64,000 nucleotides of DNA from NCBI GenBank assembly GCA_964252035.1, contig CAXUOO010000087.1, one strand, 5' to 3'. Below the pieces are notes generated by a model. That model was not told the origin of the DNA and did not search any database. It was given only the letters and a program-made list of their open reading frames with translations. Both the position numbers and the translations under genes were made by a program. Positions 13,701-24,534 of this stretch are shown here, piece after piece. The first letter of the stretch is position 1; the number at the start of each line of letters is the position of its first letter. Origin of the DNA: Podarcis erhardii (lineage: Eukaryota).

Positions 13701-15713
13701 GGAGATATGGAAACCAGCTTTCTCGATACGGTTGGCGCCTCGACTTTCGCTGGAAGCTTTGCAGCAGCGCCTGCAACTGAACGAGACACGCGTGGCGTTG
13801 TTATAGCAACTCCCACAGTGAAAATTGCGGAAACAGCTCCACCAGCAGCCGCTTTCGAAAAACTCACATCTGCTACATCAGCAACAACGCAGACAGTTGC
13901 TGCTGCTGCAGAGGGAGGAGCCACAGCGAGAGCTAACGCAAGAAGAGTAGACAATTCCGGGACACTTGTAGGAGTCGATTTTTCTGCAGTGACAACAACA
14001 ACAGCAGGTGGAGTAGTTCACTCAGTTTTTGAAGGCGCCAGTGCCGCCTGTGCTTCGGCCTTTTCTGTGGGAGATGCAGGCTGTTCAACAGCACCAGCAG
14101 AGAAAGCTGAAGTGCGCACAAATACTTGCGCCGGATTTCAGACTGGCTTTGCTGCGCCAGCTCGTTCAGCGCTGGAATCAGCAGAAGCAGCAGCAAACTC
14201 AGCAGAAAACAGTGAGTTGGGAGAGGTGGCGGCTTCGTCTATTGTCGGCACTTTCAGCGACGTCAGTAAACTCCCAGCAGTTGCTCCTGACTCTGCAGCA
14301 AGTTCGACTAGTGACGTCAAAAAATTCTGTGCCAAACGGAAAGCTGAGTCAGCTGCTGTTGGTGCTGCTCCTGTTGCAACAACGCCTACTGGGGGGGGGG
14401 CTGTGGTAGCGGCTGTGGCTTCGGAACCAGCGGAGCAGTTTCTCGTGGAAAACGAAGCTTCTTTTATGACGCTGGCTGTCCGTACACTTCCGCTGCTAGG
14501 GCAGCTGCTGTCTCTGTTGCTCTTGCGCATGGAAAGACTGCATGCAAACAGCGCTGTTTCGTTGCTTCAGAGCGTGACGCAGCTGCTGCTACTGGTGACT
14601 GCTCACCCGCAGCAACAGAAGCTGCTGGAGCTGCTGCTTTGGGAGCACCCTGAACTCGAGCGGACTGAGCAGCTGCAGCCTCAGCAGAAGCAGGACCGAC
14701 TGAGTGGCTTTTTGTGGGGTCTGCATGCACGTCTTTGCAGCTCATTTTTCGACTTCCAGGCCTCACACATAGCCGTCGTTTTGTCTTGTTACGCCTCCTT
14801 TCACAGAGCAGCCAATGCACTATTTCTCAACCACAGACGAAGCAGCCCCCAAAAAGAGGAAGGGCAGCCCCTTCTCCTACAGCGACTGCTGCTGCTGCTT
14901 CCACGCATGCTGCTGCTCCATGCGAATGAGAAGGGCTTGCTGAGCAGACTAGTCAAGTTGCTGCAGCACGAACAGCAGCTTTGGTTTCCTCAACATTTCG
15001 TCAGCGTTTTTAGGGCTCTGACGCTGCTTCAGAACCAGCTGCTTCTTTTCCACACAGTCCAGCCACATAGGCAGTCGCAGCAGCGCGATCCTGGGCAATT
15101 GCAGCGACTTTCTGCAGTGGAAAAAAAGAAAATCGAGCGGCAGCTGCAGGGGCTTCACGTCTCGGCAGTGCCTTGCTGGTTGAAGCAGCAGCAGTTTACG
15201 CAGGGTGGAAGTGGACTTGAAGAAGAAAGCGTGAGAAGAGCTGCTGACGAGCAGCAGAGACACAAGTCTGGACGAAGGAAGGTGGTTGTCGAAAATGCTG
15301 GTGGTGAAGCAGGGTCCCGGAACTTGCAACAGCACTCAGCTTCGTCAGAAACAGCACTTGTTGCTCCTGTCGCTTTTGGAGCCTCTTCTTGCGCTACTAC
15401 GACTGTCTCTACGAGAAAAACTGAGCAACTTCGTTTTCGTGTAGCAGCAGCTGCAGAAGAAGACGAAGAAACTGCACGGAACGCCTGCAAACTTCTCGAC
15501 TCCATCGAACGCGTCCTGCAGGCGAGTTCGGCTCTGCTTCCTCACTCTGTATATACACTCGAAGCTGACTTAGTGTTTCCACTGCTTCTTCTGCTGTTTG
15601 TGTTGCAGTGTGAGACTTCGTTGCTGCGGCACATGCAGTCGCTGAAACGTCTGGCTGCGACTTCACTGTTGGGAAAGATCTACTTCTGGCTACAGTGGAA
15701 ACTAGCCAAGTAG
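10701..15713 (+). CDS. Giant low-complexity protein (1670-aa ORF) with HPR/OPR/RAP-like helical repeats; probable organellar RNA-binding protein
   Basis: Uninterrupted 5-kb ORF starting at ATG, with poly-Q/A/S tracts from CAG repeats. Recurring helical-repeat-like segments: VLLLLQSVGSLKLPAPELFHRAA, LQPHALIKLLHVYAQ, LSAAQISRLLAALTKLEILD, FQASHIAVVLSCYASF, FPQHFVSVFRAL. The family call is motif resemblance by eye. The gene may splice onward past 15.7 kb. Confidence 0.65.
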   Translation: MSSVSAVVVERSGLAAAAKVVNSGRRKKAAAQPFHKLQQQQQWQWHRLQRQFQRIFRGQRTTEQSTRKCAAASPHSCVLQVLQQRHLHTSMQQLQQKPETKKEQQQQHQQQQQQPQQPQQPQQHETARLTPQKEPLQRIVGPLRKRNFLQDQQQRQTCQQTRQQRAEHEKAVFFQQPQQQKLRNTAAAAQPEQLQEAKCWRDFAASFYGCRPSSEELSRALWPLWLRLQQQRRHPNGSRVSLLSKTKESAATASSELCFQQQQQRSSDDDCLQRTARRLTAYVFTCAPALPDAAVLLAVFTSLLLQPACEKEKASISCVLLLPLRELLFRSSTAKHQHEHRRTGKRNSASKPATQVERRTCLLSEEEALSPVELLLRACCMRSLLLLRMQQLRGGEADEELHSDKKLGETAAAVLLLLQSVGSLKLPAPELFHRAAALLVSSPLLLLQLQPHALIKLLHVYAQHELLLQQLQHNNNNNNYCDYYYYYCRPQCRDSAAAGAAVPTANSSSSSTAAGVVAAVPTASSSSSSTAAAAAGVAAGKVVAVSLSGCVEHSGHLKFAQSAQAAEAAAVVRETAPQTAAASTQQQTSKPTKEGEKTPRTACPNTQQVAAAVLGALPKTTRLEGSFSLSSPYVLPLFRRVAVRLCSLQRTHAHKHLALQQLRLQLRALQHQIQHQIQHQIQQQIPQQHPIQHQIPQQHQIQHQIPQQHQIQHQIPQQHQILHPIQQQHQIQQRLVQWKWPQNHHHQQQQEESSLRSVALQWAQQVFLDLPAVRKKQRRRRRAHSLEKSPSWLAQKKAPCVDLQLSAEEDLRAEQLRVLQQREKQLWSAIEGVQLQQEMHLSAAQISRLLAALTKLEILDFRVYSHVVSSWIPHLLRPLLLPLLLLRRQPLSVASKEQLPQHIEQRSQPPPPPQQQQHQRQKEQQHAGTTLERPAALQNACSARDLVALFGGSVRMLRLCDRWRQSNQQQAVSSPSSDSVAAAEAPTPHPAKSPANVEVCGDMETSFLDTVGASTFAGSFAAAPATERDTRGVVIATPTVKIAETAPPAAAFEKLTSATSATTQTVAAAAEGGATARANARRVDNSGTLVGVDFSAVTTTTAGGVVHSVFEGASAACASAFSVGDAGCSTAPAEKAEVRTNTCAGFQTGFAAPARSALESAEAAANSAENSELGEVAASSIVGTFSDVSKLPAVAPDSAASSTSDVKKFCAKRKAESAAVGAAPVATTPTGGGAVVAAVASEPAEQFLVENEASFMTLAVRTLPLLGQLLSLLLLRMERLHANSAVSLLQSVTQLLLLVTAHPQQQKLLELLLWEHPELERTEQLQPQQKQDRLSGFLWGLHARLCSSFFDFQASHIAVVLSCYASFHRAANALFLNHRRSSPQKEEGQPLLLQRLLLLLPRMLLLHANEKGLLSRLVKLLQHEQQLWFPQHFVSVFRALTLLQNQLLLFHTVQPHRQSQQRDPGQLQRLSAVEKKKIERQLQGLHVSAVPCWLKQQQFTQGGSGLEEESVRRAADEQQRHKSGRRKVVVENAGGEAGSRNLQQHSASSETALVAPVAFGASSCATTTVSTRKTEQLRFRVAAAAEEDEETARNACKLLDSIERVLQASSALLPHSVYTLEADLVFPLLLLLFVLQCETSLLRHMQSLKRLAATSLLGKIYFWLQWKLAK
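12710..12900 (+). repeat. Coding tandem repeat (12/27-bp units) encoding (QHQI/PQQHQIQHQI)n
   Basis: Repeated CAAATACAGCAC and CAAATACCGCAGCAGCAC units inside ORF 10701-15713. Confidence 0.9.
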
Positions 15714-16200
15714 TAGTGGGATTCCCACTGTTGTCAGTGGACTACTACACACTACTTGTGGCTTCTCTCGCTGCTGCTAATGATGCTCCAATGCAAACTC
15801 GTCAGTCTGCTTTTTCCCTCTTCAGTTGTCCACTGTACATACACCCCAAAGACGTGCTGCTTCTCGTTTGTCTGACACTTGCATGCACTACCAACAGTAG
15901 TAGTAGTAGTCACCGAAGTGTTGCGCTTTCACTAGCAGCAGAAATAGCCAGCAGCACAAGTTAGTTAAAGAAACGAACGACAGTTGCAAGAAGCAAGAAG
16001 ATACTTCAAAAGCAGTGGAAAATCTATGAATATCTACAGAAGAAGAATGTAAAACTTCAAAGAAGAGCGCTGGAAGTTGAGAAAAAAAAGCAAGAAGAAA
16101 GGAACTCTCCTGCCCACTCACCCATGAAAGAGACATAAATCTAAAATAAGCAGACACAGTGCAAGCAACCGCAACACTAACAACACCAGCTAGCTGCCGC

Positions 16201-16400
16201 TGGCTATATAGCAGCAGCAGCAGTAGCAAGTTTGAAACAGCAGCACCAAAAATGACAGGATATACGTAGTAGTAGAATCAGTAGCAAGATTATATATATA
16301 TATATACATGTATGGCTATATAGCAGCAGCAGCAGTAGCCAGTTTGAAACAGCAGCACCAAAAATGACAGGATATAGGTAGTAGTAGAATCAGTAGCAGG

Positions 16401-16434
<34 letters not shown>

Positions 16435-16629
16435 GCTATATAGCAGCAGCAGCAGTAGCCAGTTTGAAACAGCAGCACCTTCAGGATATACGTAGTAGTA
16501 GAATCAGTAGCAAGATTATATATATATATATACATGTATGGCTATATAGCAGCAGCAGCAGTAGCAAGTTTGAAACAGCAGCACCAAAAATTACAGGATA
16601 TAGGTAGTAGTAGAATCAGTAGCAGGATT
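16201..16629. repeat. Minisatellite, ~4 copies of a 106-120-bp unit
   Basis: Units begin TGGCTATATAGCAGCAGCAGCAGTAGC at 16201, 16313, 16433 and 16539. Each has GTTTGAAACAGCAGCACC and GTAGTAGTAGAATCAGTAGC, and the first three end in a variable (TA)n tract. Confidence 0.9.
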
Positions 16630-17383
16630 TGTAGTCGCGCTTGCAGCTTATCTCGTAGAAGAGCAGCATGTCTAGCAACAGCAGTAGCAGAGTGTATAGC
16701 AACAGCAATAGCAGGATATATAGTGGCACAAAATATATATAGCAGAATGCAGCAAATATAGCATGGCAGAGTCGCAGTAGCGCATGACAGAGAATAACAT
16801 AGTAACAGCAGTAGCAGCAGGACGTAGACAGCAGCAGCAACAGTAGCAAGATATCTACCAGCGATAGTAGTGGAATTCAGGAGGAGCTGTTGCTGAATAC
16901 AAAGCAGCAGTAGCAGCACTAGAAAGAACGGTCTGAAGCAGAAAAGAGGCAGGCAATCTGTGAAGTCGCTATGCGAGCAGCAACAAAACAAAACAGCAGT
17001 GTAGCCCGTAGTGAGTAGCTTTTTAGGAGTGTTATTCGACTGGGTGTGTGCGTAGAAGGGACAACTGAACTGAAGAAAGACATGCGCCTGCATGTACCGA
17101 AACCACAAAAACCAGAGAGTTTCACCACCGCTGGTGTGTTTTCTGTAGCGTGAAATGTTTGTCTTTTTTCAGGTGAGTTGCTTCTATCTGATTCACGAGC
17201 AAGAGTGGAGAAGCGAGTGGACCCTTCTGGATCTCTCAGTAGCAGTGTCTGCTCTAACTCGAGCAGCAGCAGCAGCAAAAGAAAAGACTCGACTACTGCT
17301 GCTGCTGCGTAGGCCTCTCGAAACTTGCAGCTTTTCTTTTCCGTCTTTCTGCTCCAGTTCAGCAACTGTGAGCACCGACTTAG

Positions 17384-19055
17384 CAGCAACAAACTCGCAC
17401 AAAATTCCCAACAATTCGTACCGTGGATTGGGCAGCAACTGCTGCAGAAACGCCGCATGCAGCAGCAGTAAGAAATGCGCGAGCAGGCAGCACGACTCAA
17501 CAGAGAGAGCCGGATGAGGACGCATGCGAAAGTGACGACGACGGTTTCGAGCTGGAATCGATTTTGAGCGAAACGGGTCCTGCTGCTGCTGCTGTTGAGA
17601 CGAAGACTGCTTTCGATGTTGTGGATGTTACCAAAACTCCTTCTGCAGAGGGCCGAGCTGGCTCTCCTCCAAATCAAAGGGAGTTCTTTGCAGACTCTCT
17701 GCCAGTTTTGACTGTGTTGGCAAAACTGTCCTCTCTTCTGCTGTGCAGCCTCCCTCACAACCAAACAAGCGCTGATCTCTGCAGTGCTGTTGCTGCTAGA
17801 ACTACTAGTTGTATAGCAACAACAACAGCAGCAATCTCCTCTACTTGGACGTCTACTCTACTAGCCGAAAGCGCTCGCTCTACTTCTTCCTTTGCTGTGG
17901 GGCCGCGGTCTCTGCTTAGTGAACGAAGATTAGGCAACTTGGGTAGTAGTGGCAGTGGTAGTTTTGCAAAAATGACTGGAGAGAGTTCAGAAAAAACTAG
18001 GAGTGATAGCGACTGCAATCTCGCAAAAATACATGCAAACAGCAACAACTGCAGCGACTGGGTGAGCTGCAGCACGCAGAGCAGAGAGAAAATCTATCCC
18101 TTGATGTGTGCTGCTCGCACCAGGCAAGAAGCGAACACCTTCTTCGCTCTTGTTTCCAAAGTTGCTGCTGCTGCTCAGTCTCCTCAGCAAGTCAGTCAGC
18201 TACTGGCAGCCTTGCTGCATGCTGCTGCTGTGAGTGTGAAGACTCTCCACGAATCGCCTGAGCTGCATGCGGCAAAAGACGGCTCCAGCGTTTCCACTGC
18301 TCGTCTTCAAGCCAGTGTTTCAGCTGCACAAAGCGCTGCAGATTTTGAATCAAAAAAGAATTCCGCTGAAGACGAAGTAGTTGCAGCTGCAACCGTCAGA
18401 GAAGAAGCTTTTTGCAGGAAAAATTCCTTCAAAGAAGCTCAAGAGTTGATTCGACGTGCGCCTGAGCTGGTGCTGCTCACTCAGGTACACTCACTAACAT
18501 AGAAAACAGATACAGCTGTCGTCACACACACACATGTATCTCTGTGTATACACAAAAGACGAATACATACATACATATATATGTGTGTGCAAGGGTGTGT
18601 GAATCTTCTGCCTACCTACTTCTGACACCTGCTGGGGCGCCCGTGTGTGTGTGAATCTATATTCAAATGAGAACACATTTTTGCGCACTTCTTAATGTAC
18701 ACATGAGCACTTGAGTGACGTCCACCTACGTACATATATATGTATGTATATGATTTTTGCGTTGCTTCTCATTGAGTCCTTCTGTCTACGCGTACACACT
18801 TGGTGAATAACTTGCGTTGTAGAGTTCCGTTCGGCTTTCTGTTTTCAGCACTGACGCTTTAAGGGTGCCTCTTTTGGCTGTTTTGTCTGTTTTTTGCAGG
18901 CATGCGCCACAGTGCTGCTTGGTGGCGACGCCTGTAGTGCCCATCAGCCGCAGAAACTGCTGCTATTTGACGTCTCAGCAGTTGCGCATGCATTGCGGCG
19001 ATGCCCTCAGCCATTCATTTTTGCTTCCTTAACACTTCTGTCTCTGCCTTGCTAA
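17384..19055 (+). CDS. Coding exons of a low-complexity helical-repeat-like protein (exon ~17384-18484 spliced to 18900-19055); 5' end unresolved
   Basis: An ORF of about 360 codons ends at the donor CAG|GTACAC (18484/5). The intron has (TA)/(TG) repeats and the acceptor TTTTTTGCAG (18899). The in-phase continuation contains LLLFDVSAVAHALRR, and SPQQVSQLLAALLHA lies upstream. Both resemble HPR/OPR repeats. Confidence 0.5.
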
Positions 19056-19101
19056 GCACCCCTGCAATTTCCAACACATCGAGGAAACGCGTGGCTACTA
19101 C

Positions 19102-19144
<43 letters not shown>

Positions 19145-19275
19145 GGGGCTTCTACAAATCACCCTGCACCCAACTCTGGAGCGACCGCTGCAGCCGCCAC
19201 CGCTACTGCAACTTTCTCTGAATCGACTGCTTTTGTCGAGTTCCTCTTTGTGCTAACAATGAAAAAGCCGCTCTT

Positions 19276-21729
19276 GTGAGTGCCTCAACGGTGCATGCAA
19301 ATGCTGCGAGTGGTTGGGGTGCATGCAGTTCAGCAGCTGTCTCTGTCGCTGCTGCAGCTCCTCCTTCGCTCTTTGTCTCTTCTTCACCAGTTGATCCACA
19401 GCCCTTTCTGCCTAAACAAACACAAGTCAACAACTTGCTGTTATCGATCCTTCAGCAGCTTCTTCAGTATTTGCCCAAAATGCAGCAAGAACAAATGCGT
19501 CCAAACTCCACTGTTCAAAGCAGTGGCTCTGCAGTCTCCGCTGCTGTGGCTCTCTTCTCCGCAATTTCTTCTGCTGCACTGCATGCAGTCGAAGCAGTGC
19601 ATGCAGCGGAAGGAGCGAAAGGAGCAGGAACAGTGCATGCAGCGGAAGGAGCGAAAGGAGCAGGAACTGTGCATGCAGCGGAAAGAGCGAAAGGAGCAGA
19701 AACTGTGCATGCAGCGGAAGGAGCGAAAGGAGCAGAAACTGTGCATGCAGCGGAAGGAGCAGTTGAGAAAGGGGAAGTGTCGACATTTTGTCAAATTCCA
19801 AAAACACCAAGAGAAAGAAGGACAGAGAAAGGCAATGAAGCGCGACTGGAAAGAGCCACACAGACTCCAGGTTTAGCAGGTATTGAGGCAGCAACAGTTT
19901 CAGTGAACGCTACAGCACCAGCTTCACACTTAACAGCTTCTTCAGCACCAGCAAAATATCGAAAAGCAGCAAATGAAGCAGGACAGTCCACCAATAAAGC
20001 AGCTGCTCTAACAGACGTTTTTCTGACAAGTTCAGCACCGGCAACGAGTCACTCGTGGTTGCAAGAAGTGTCTTCAGCAGATGCAGCGAGGACGGAAAGA
20101 GCAATGACAGCAGTTGCTGCATTGAAAGAAACACTCGTGCATCCACACATGGAAGAGCTGGTTCTTCGACTCGCTGCTTTTTTCCACTCTGAATCTGTTT
20201 CTCTCCGTGTTTTGTCTCGAAAACCAAGTCCTGGTGCGGCTGTGCATGCTCCAGCAACGACAACAGCGACACCCCAAACAATTTGCACGAAAGCTAGCAG
20301 CTGCCACCAAAAAAACGCGGATTTGTCTGATTCTTTTCTTCACAGCAGCTGTAGCCCCAGTGCTGCCTCGCCCTCTCCACCAAAAAAAATGGAGAAAAAA
20401 CGCATCAACAACACTTCGCATGCAAACTCAGCAGCACCACTATTCAGCGGTGCCGCGACAGCGTCAGCTGGAGTGCATGCACCAACAGCAGCAAAAGTTC
20501 CGCTTTTTTTGGTTGACGCTCAAAACTCCCTTGTACACAGCAGCCACCATGTCACCCAGACAGCAGCAGCAGCAGCACCTATAGCAGAAACTGCAGCACC
20601 TACAGCAACAGTTACGGCACTTTCGACAGCTACTGCGTCTAGAACAGATTCGGCACCGACAGGGACCAAAGCTGCAGGAATAGAGGGGGCTGCAGCTCCT
20701 TTCATAGCAACAAGAAATCCAGAAAATAAAGATGCAGAAGCCACAGGTATAAATACGGAAGATGCAGATGCTATTGCTACAGGAGTAGCAGCTTCTCCAG
20801 GGGGAGCTGAGGCCGCGCAGGAGGTCAGTGGCAGCGAAAAGGGAGAAAAAAGAAAGAGTGAAAATGAGAGCCCTTCTTTTTTTGCTAGGCCCAGAAGTTC
20901 GAAGGTGGCTCAGTGGTTTTTCTCAACAGCAACAGCGACTCTGCAACTCAGCCAGTTTTTCGCTGAAAACTGCAGCAATTTGTCTGAGCTGCAAGTGCCA
21001 GAACACCAGCAAAAACGGCCTTTGCAGGAGCACTTCTACAAATTATCTTATAGCAGTAGTAGTAGTGGAGTTTCATTGATAGAGGAGAAGAAGAAGGCAT
21101 TGCAGCCCTATCTTCAGTTGCTGCTTTCTCTACAATGCTTCGCGGACCAGTACTTGAAAGTCCAGTTTAGGAACGAGATTGCTTTGTATGAACTCAGTGG
21201 TGAAACAGAGAAGGGTTTCAAAAGCAAGGACAAGGACATTTCGCAGGTTTGCAGGTGGAGAAATGGAGAAGAGTTGAAGACGTTGTCGAGTAGCACAAAT
21301 TCCGCTTTTTTTAGTGGGAAAAGTCCGTACAGACGCGAATCCGCTGCAGCTCCAATTCCATCAGTAGCAACCAAAAAAGCAGCCGAAGTTTCATCATCAC
21401 TCGAGACAGAAAAAAACGGTGCAAGGACGGCTTCACAAGCAGTAGAAGCAGCTTCATGTTCAGCCAAAGTGGCAGAGGAAACAGCACTGAATATCGGAGC
21501 TCCCACACCTACAAAAACACCGTGTAAGGACGCAGCAGTGTTTCGTGGGGAAGCGGGTGACGATACTTGTTTTGCAGATGTTGAAGTGAAGGAAAATGAA
21601 GTTGAAAAGCAGGCGCGCGCTCTTCAGTTCACAGAAATTAGAAGACGACAGCTGCGTCGACTGCTGCGCATCAGCAGCGCATTGAAACGTATTGAGCAGC
21701 TCTATGTACAAAACAATCTGCTCTTGTAG
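19276..21729 (+). CDS. Large Ala/Ser/Thr-rich coding exon (817-aa ORF), probably the terminal exon of the preceding gene
   Basis: Long open frame (open from 19222, listed start is GTG) with typical coccidian coding composition, an in-frame 12-aa tandem repeat, and helical segments (LLLSILQQLLQYLPKMQQEQM; LRRLLRISSALKRIEQL). Confidence 0.55.
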   Translation: MSASTVHANAASGWGACSSAAVSVAAAAPPSLFVSSSPVDPQPFLPKQTQVNNLLLSILQQLLQYLPKMQQEQMRPNSTVQSSGSAVSAAVALFSAISSAALHAVEAVHAAEGAKGAGTVHAAEGAKGAGTVHAAERAKGAETVHAAEGAKGAETVHAAEGAVEKGEVSTFCQIPKTPRERRTEKGNEARLERATQTPGLAGIEAATVSVNATAPASHLTASSAPAKYRKAANEAGQSTNKAAALTDVFLTSSAPATSHSWLQEVSSADAARTERAMTAVAALKETLVHPHMEELVLRLAAFFHSESVSLRVLSRKPSPGAAVHAPATTTATPQTICTKASSCHQKNADLSDSFLHSSCSPSAASPSPPKKMEKKRINNTSHANSAAPLFSGAATASAGVHAPTAAKVPLFLVDAQNSLVHSSHHVTQTAAAAAPIAETAAPTATVTALSTATASRTDSAPTGTKAAGIEGAAAPFIATRNPENKDAEATGINTEDADAIATGVAASPGGAEAAQEVSGSEKGEKRKSENESPSFFARPRSSKVAQWFFSTATATLQLSQFFAENCSNLSELQVPEHQQKRPLQEHFYKLSYSSSSSGVSLIEEKKKALQPYLQLLLSLQCFADQYLKVQFRNEIALYELSGETEKGFKSKDKDISQVCRWRNGEELKTLSSSTNSAFFSGKSPYRRESAAAPIPSVATKKAAEVSSSLETEKNGARTASQAVEAASCSAKVAEETALNIGAPTPTKTPCKDAAVFRGEAGDDTCFADVEVKENEVEKQARALQFTEIRRRQLRRLLRISSALKRIEQLYVQNNLLL
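19597..19761 (+). repeat. Coding 36-bp tandem repeat, ~4.5 copies, VHAAEGAKGA(G/E)T
   Basis: GTGCATGCAGCGGAA recurs at 19597, 19633, 19669, 19705 and 19741. Confidence 0.95.
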
Positions 21730-22577
21730 TTGCAGCAGGCACAGCAGTTCTTTCTTCTGCACATTCAATTGACGACTTGAAAAAATTCCGCAAAATATAA
21801 GAATCAGTAGCAGCACAACTCTGAGCAGGGACAGAAGCTCGAGCTCGTGTAGCCGTGTCTTTGAAAAATCCACTTTTGGGAACATCTTGTCAGCGGCTGA
21901 ATGAATGTGTTGCTCTCAAATGACTGCTTTGTAGGGGTTTAAAAAAGTGGACGCTTGTAGAAACATGTCCAGGCTTGAATGCGCGGAGTTACGAGTGCAT
22001 CAATTTATACTCTTGTTTCTTGAATGTATATATGTTACACAGACGTGCACATATGCATGTATACGAAAACGTTCACGTCGGGAGTATGTGATCTTACACA
22101 GCACGTCGCTTTGTACGCCTCCTGTAAGTGAGATCAAAGAGATTCTTGTATTTCATTAAAGCGCCTGCTGTTCTTGGTCCGTCGATATATACAAATACAT
22201 ACTTCTATGTATGCATGAATGCATATCAATGCAAGTATGTGTCGATGTCTCTATTCGTGAATATGTACGTGTACGTGTGTGGCAATACATGTACTAACGT
22301 ATGTATGTGTGTATGCATGCATATACACGTCCATGTGTAGAGGCTAGTCCATCCACTGCGAAGAAAGATGAGAAAGCAGCTGCAGTAGCAGTGGCCGAGT
22401 CGTACCTTATACTTCTAAAGAACGTTGCGCCCGTTGTCTTTTTTATAGAATATATATATGTAGATATATATAGATATATATATTTACGCAGGTGTGGTCG
22501 TATATCACTAATCTGAATATAACATAATCATGCCGCTCTCTCTGCCATTTTCCACCAATTGTCACACCTGAATAGTA

Positions 22578-22627
<50 letters not shown>

Positions 22628-22658
22628 TCAGTATGCACTTTTGTGTTTTACGTTTGTA

Positions 22659-22694
<36 letters not shown>

Positions 22695-23296
22695 TATGTA
22701 CATATACGTGCACTACGGAAGCTGCTGGTGGACTGTATGGTCATTTTTTTGATCGCTCGAAACACTATACGACTATTGTAGTTGTTTAGGACTGCTAAAC
22801 AGGTATAAATAATTGGTTTTCCTGTCGCTGTACGGATTATTCGATTTATATATTGGATTCATTTATATTGTAAGCCGTCTTCATTATAAGACAAAGACCA
22901 AAACCTTACTTTTACATATTCATTTACCCAAGTATATAGGAAATAAACGTGATGTCTATGCAGTGCCGCTCCAGAAGGACAATTTCTTTCAACCTTTCTG
23001 TTGTTTTTCGTGTAGTTTTATTATGATGATGACTATTGTGGCAGCTGCTGGTGCTGCTGTTCAGGTCTGATAGCGATTTCGGTTGCCGTTGTAGTTGCCC
23101 CCGAAAAATTAATACATATATATATATATATGTATACATGCACACATACATGTGTATATACATTTATGTGCACATGCGTACATATAGGCATACATATGGC
23201 CATTTACAAGTATACATGTACCCATATACACAAACCTACATACATAATCGACTACAGATACTTACATACATGCATACATACATACAATATATTCAA

Positions 23297-23337
<41 letters not shown>

Positions 23338-24160
23338 AGTGTTGCTGCTGATGCTGCTACGTGGTGTCATCTGGTGGTTCAGTCTCTCGTTTAAGGATAT
23401 CTAGTGGGAGACGACATCAGGAGGCGCAAAATTAATGACTATACGCGTTATATATTGTGAGTTGCCTCCCCTGTATACAAAGAAATAATCAAGTCAAGGG
23501 ATAGAGACGCTTCAGTAACAGAAAAATGATCTGTCATCTGATAATACATAAACTTGCATACTGTGAAAATACATACATTTGTATATATATTATTTAGTGA
23601 TGGAGTGAGCAAAGCTTCAGGGAGACAAACAATGAAAGCGAAATTATGACAATTTTCGAGAAAGAGCGAGCGTTAAATTCCTCTCACTCAAGTTGCACCT
23701 GTTTATATAAACATCTGTACTCATACGGAATCACGTACATATATATATATATATATATATATATGCATGCCAGAATTGATAAAGCTAAGATTGCGAAGCA
23801 AGTAGCTGAGCTTTGTAGGTGGCGAAAAAAGGACTTTCCGCACCCAAAAGCACGAGTTGGCTGAACAAAAACAAGCCATTTGCAACATTTTTGAGATATT
23901 TCTTAGACACGCCCATTGATGCTGTTTTCTGCTATGAACCTCTTGCTGCTGTATCTGATGCCCTCCACTGCTGCTGATCTCTCATTGCATCTTTTCCGCT
24001 CTTTCTGTCCAGAGCTGATACCGGTTGTTTCTGTGTTTTTTGTGATCTTGCTGCTGTTGCTTTCTACTGCTGCCGTCTTACACGACAACTCCTGCTGATT
24101 AGGCTGTTTCTTCTTCTTTGTAGTAGTAGTAGTACAACAACCACTGCAACAACTTTGCTG

Positions 24161-24310
24161 CTGGACAGTATATATATATATATATATATATGTATAATTT
24201 TTCTGTTGAACAGTTACTGGACAGTATATATATATATATATGTATAATTTTTCTGTTGTACAGTTACTGGACAGTATATATATATATATATGTATAATTT
24301 TTCTGTTGTA
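24161..24310. repeat. Tandem repeat, 3 copies of a ~50-bp unit with an internal (TA)n
   Basis: CTGGACAG(TA)nTGTATAATTTTTCTGTTG starts at 24161, 24217 and 24267. Confidence 0.9.
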
Positions 24311-24497
24311 TTGTTACTTCGCTGAAGCAAGCTGCATTGATTTTGCAGCAGTAAGACGATAGCTGCTGCGACTGCCTATCAGTAAGAAAGATCGTAACAG
24401 CACTGAAAGTCGTCGTACTGTCTGTTGCAGCAGCAATCTGTGCTTCGCAACGACCACTATCAAAATCAATACTCGCTCTTCCAAGACAGCAATGCTG

Positions 24498-24534
<37 letters not shown>

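Noticed and set aside
16201-16629. CRISPR-like array
   Set aside because: Eukaryotic context, contiguous units with no unique spacers, no cas genes.
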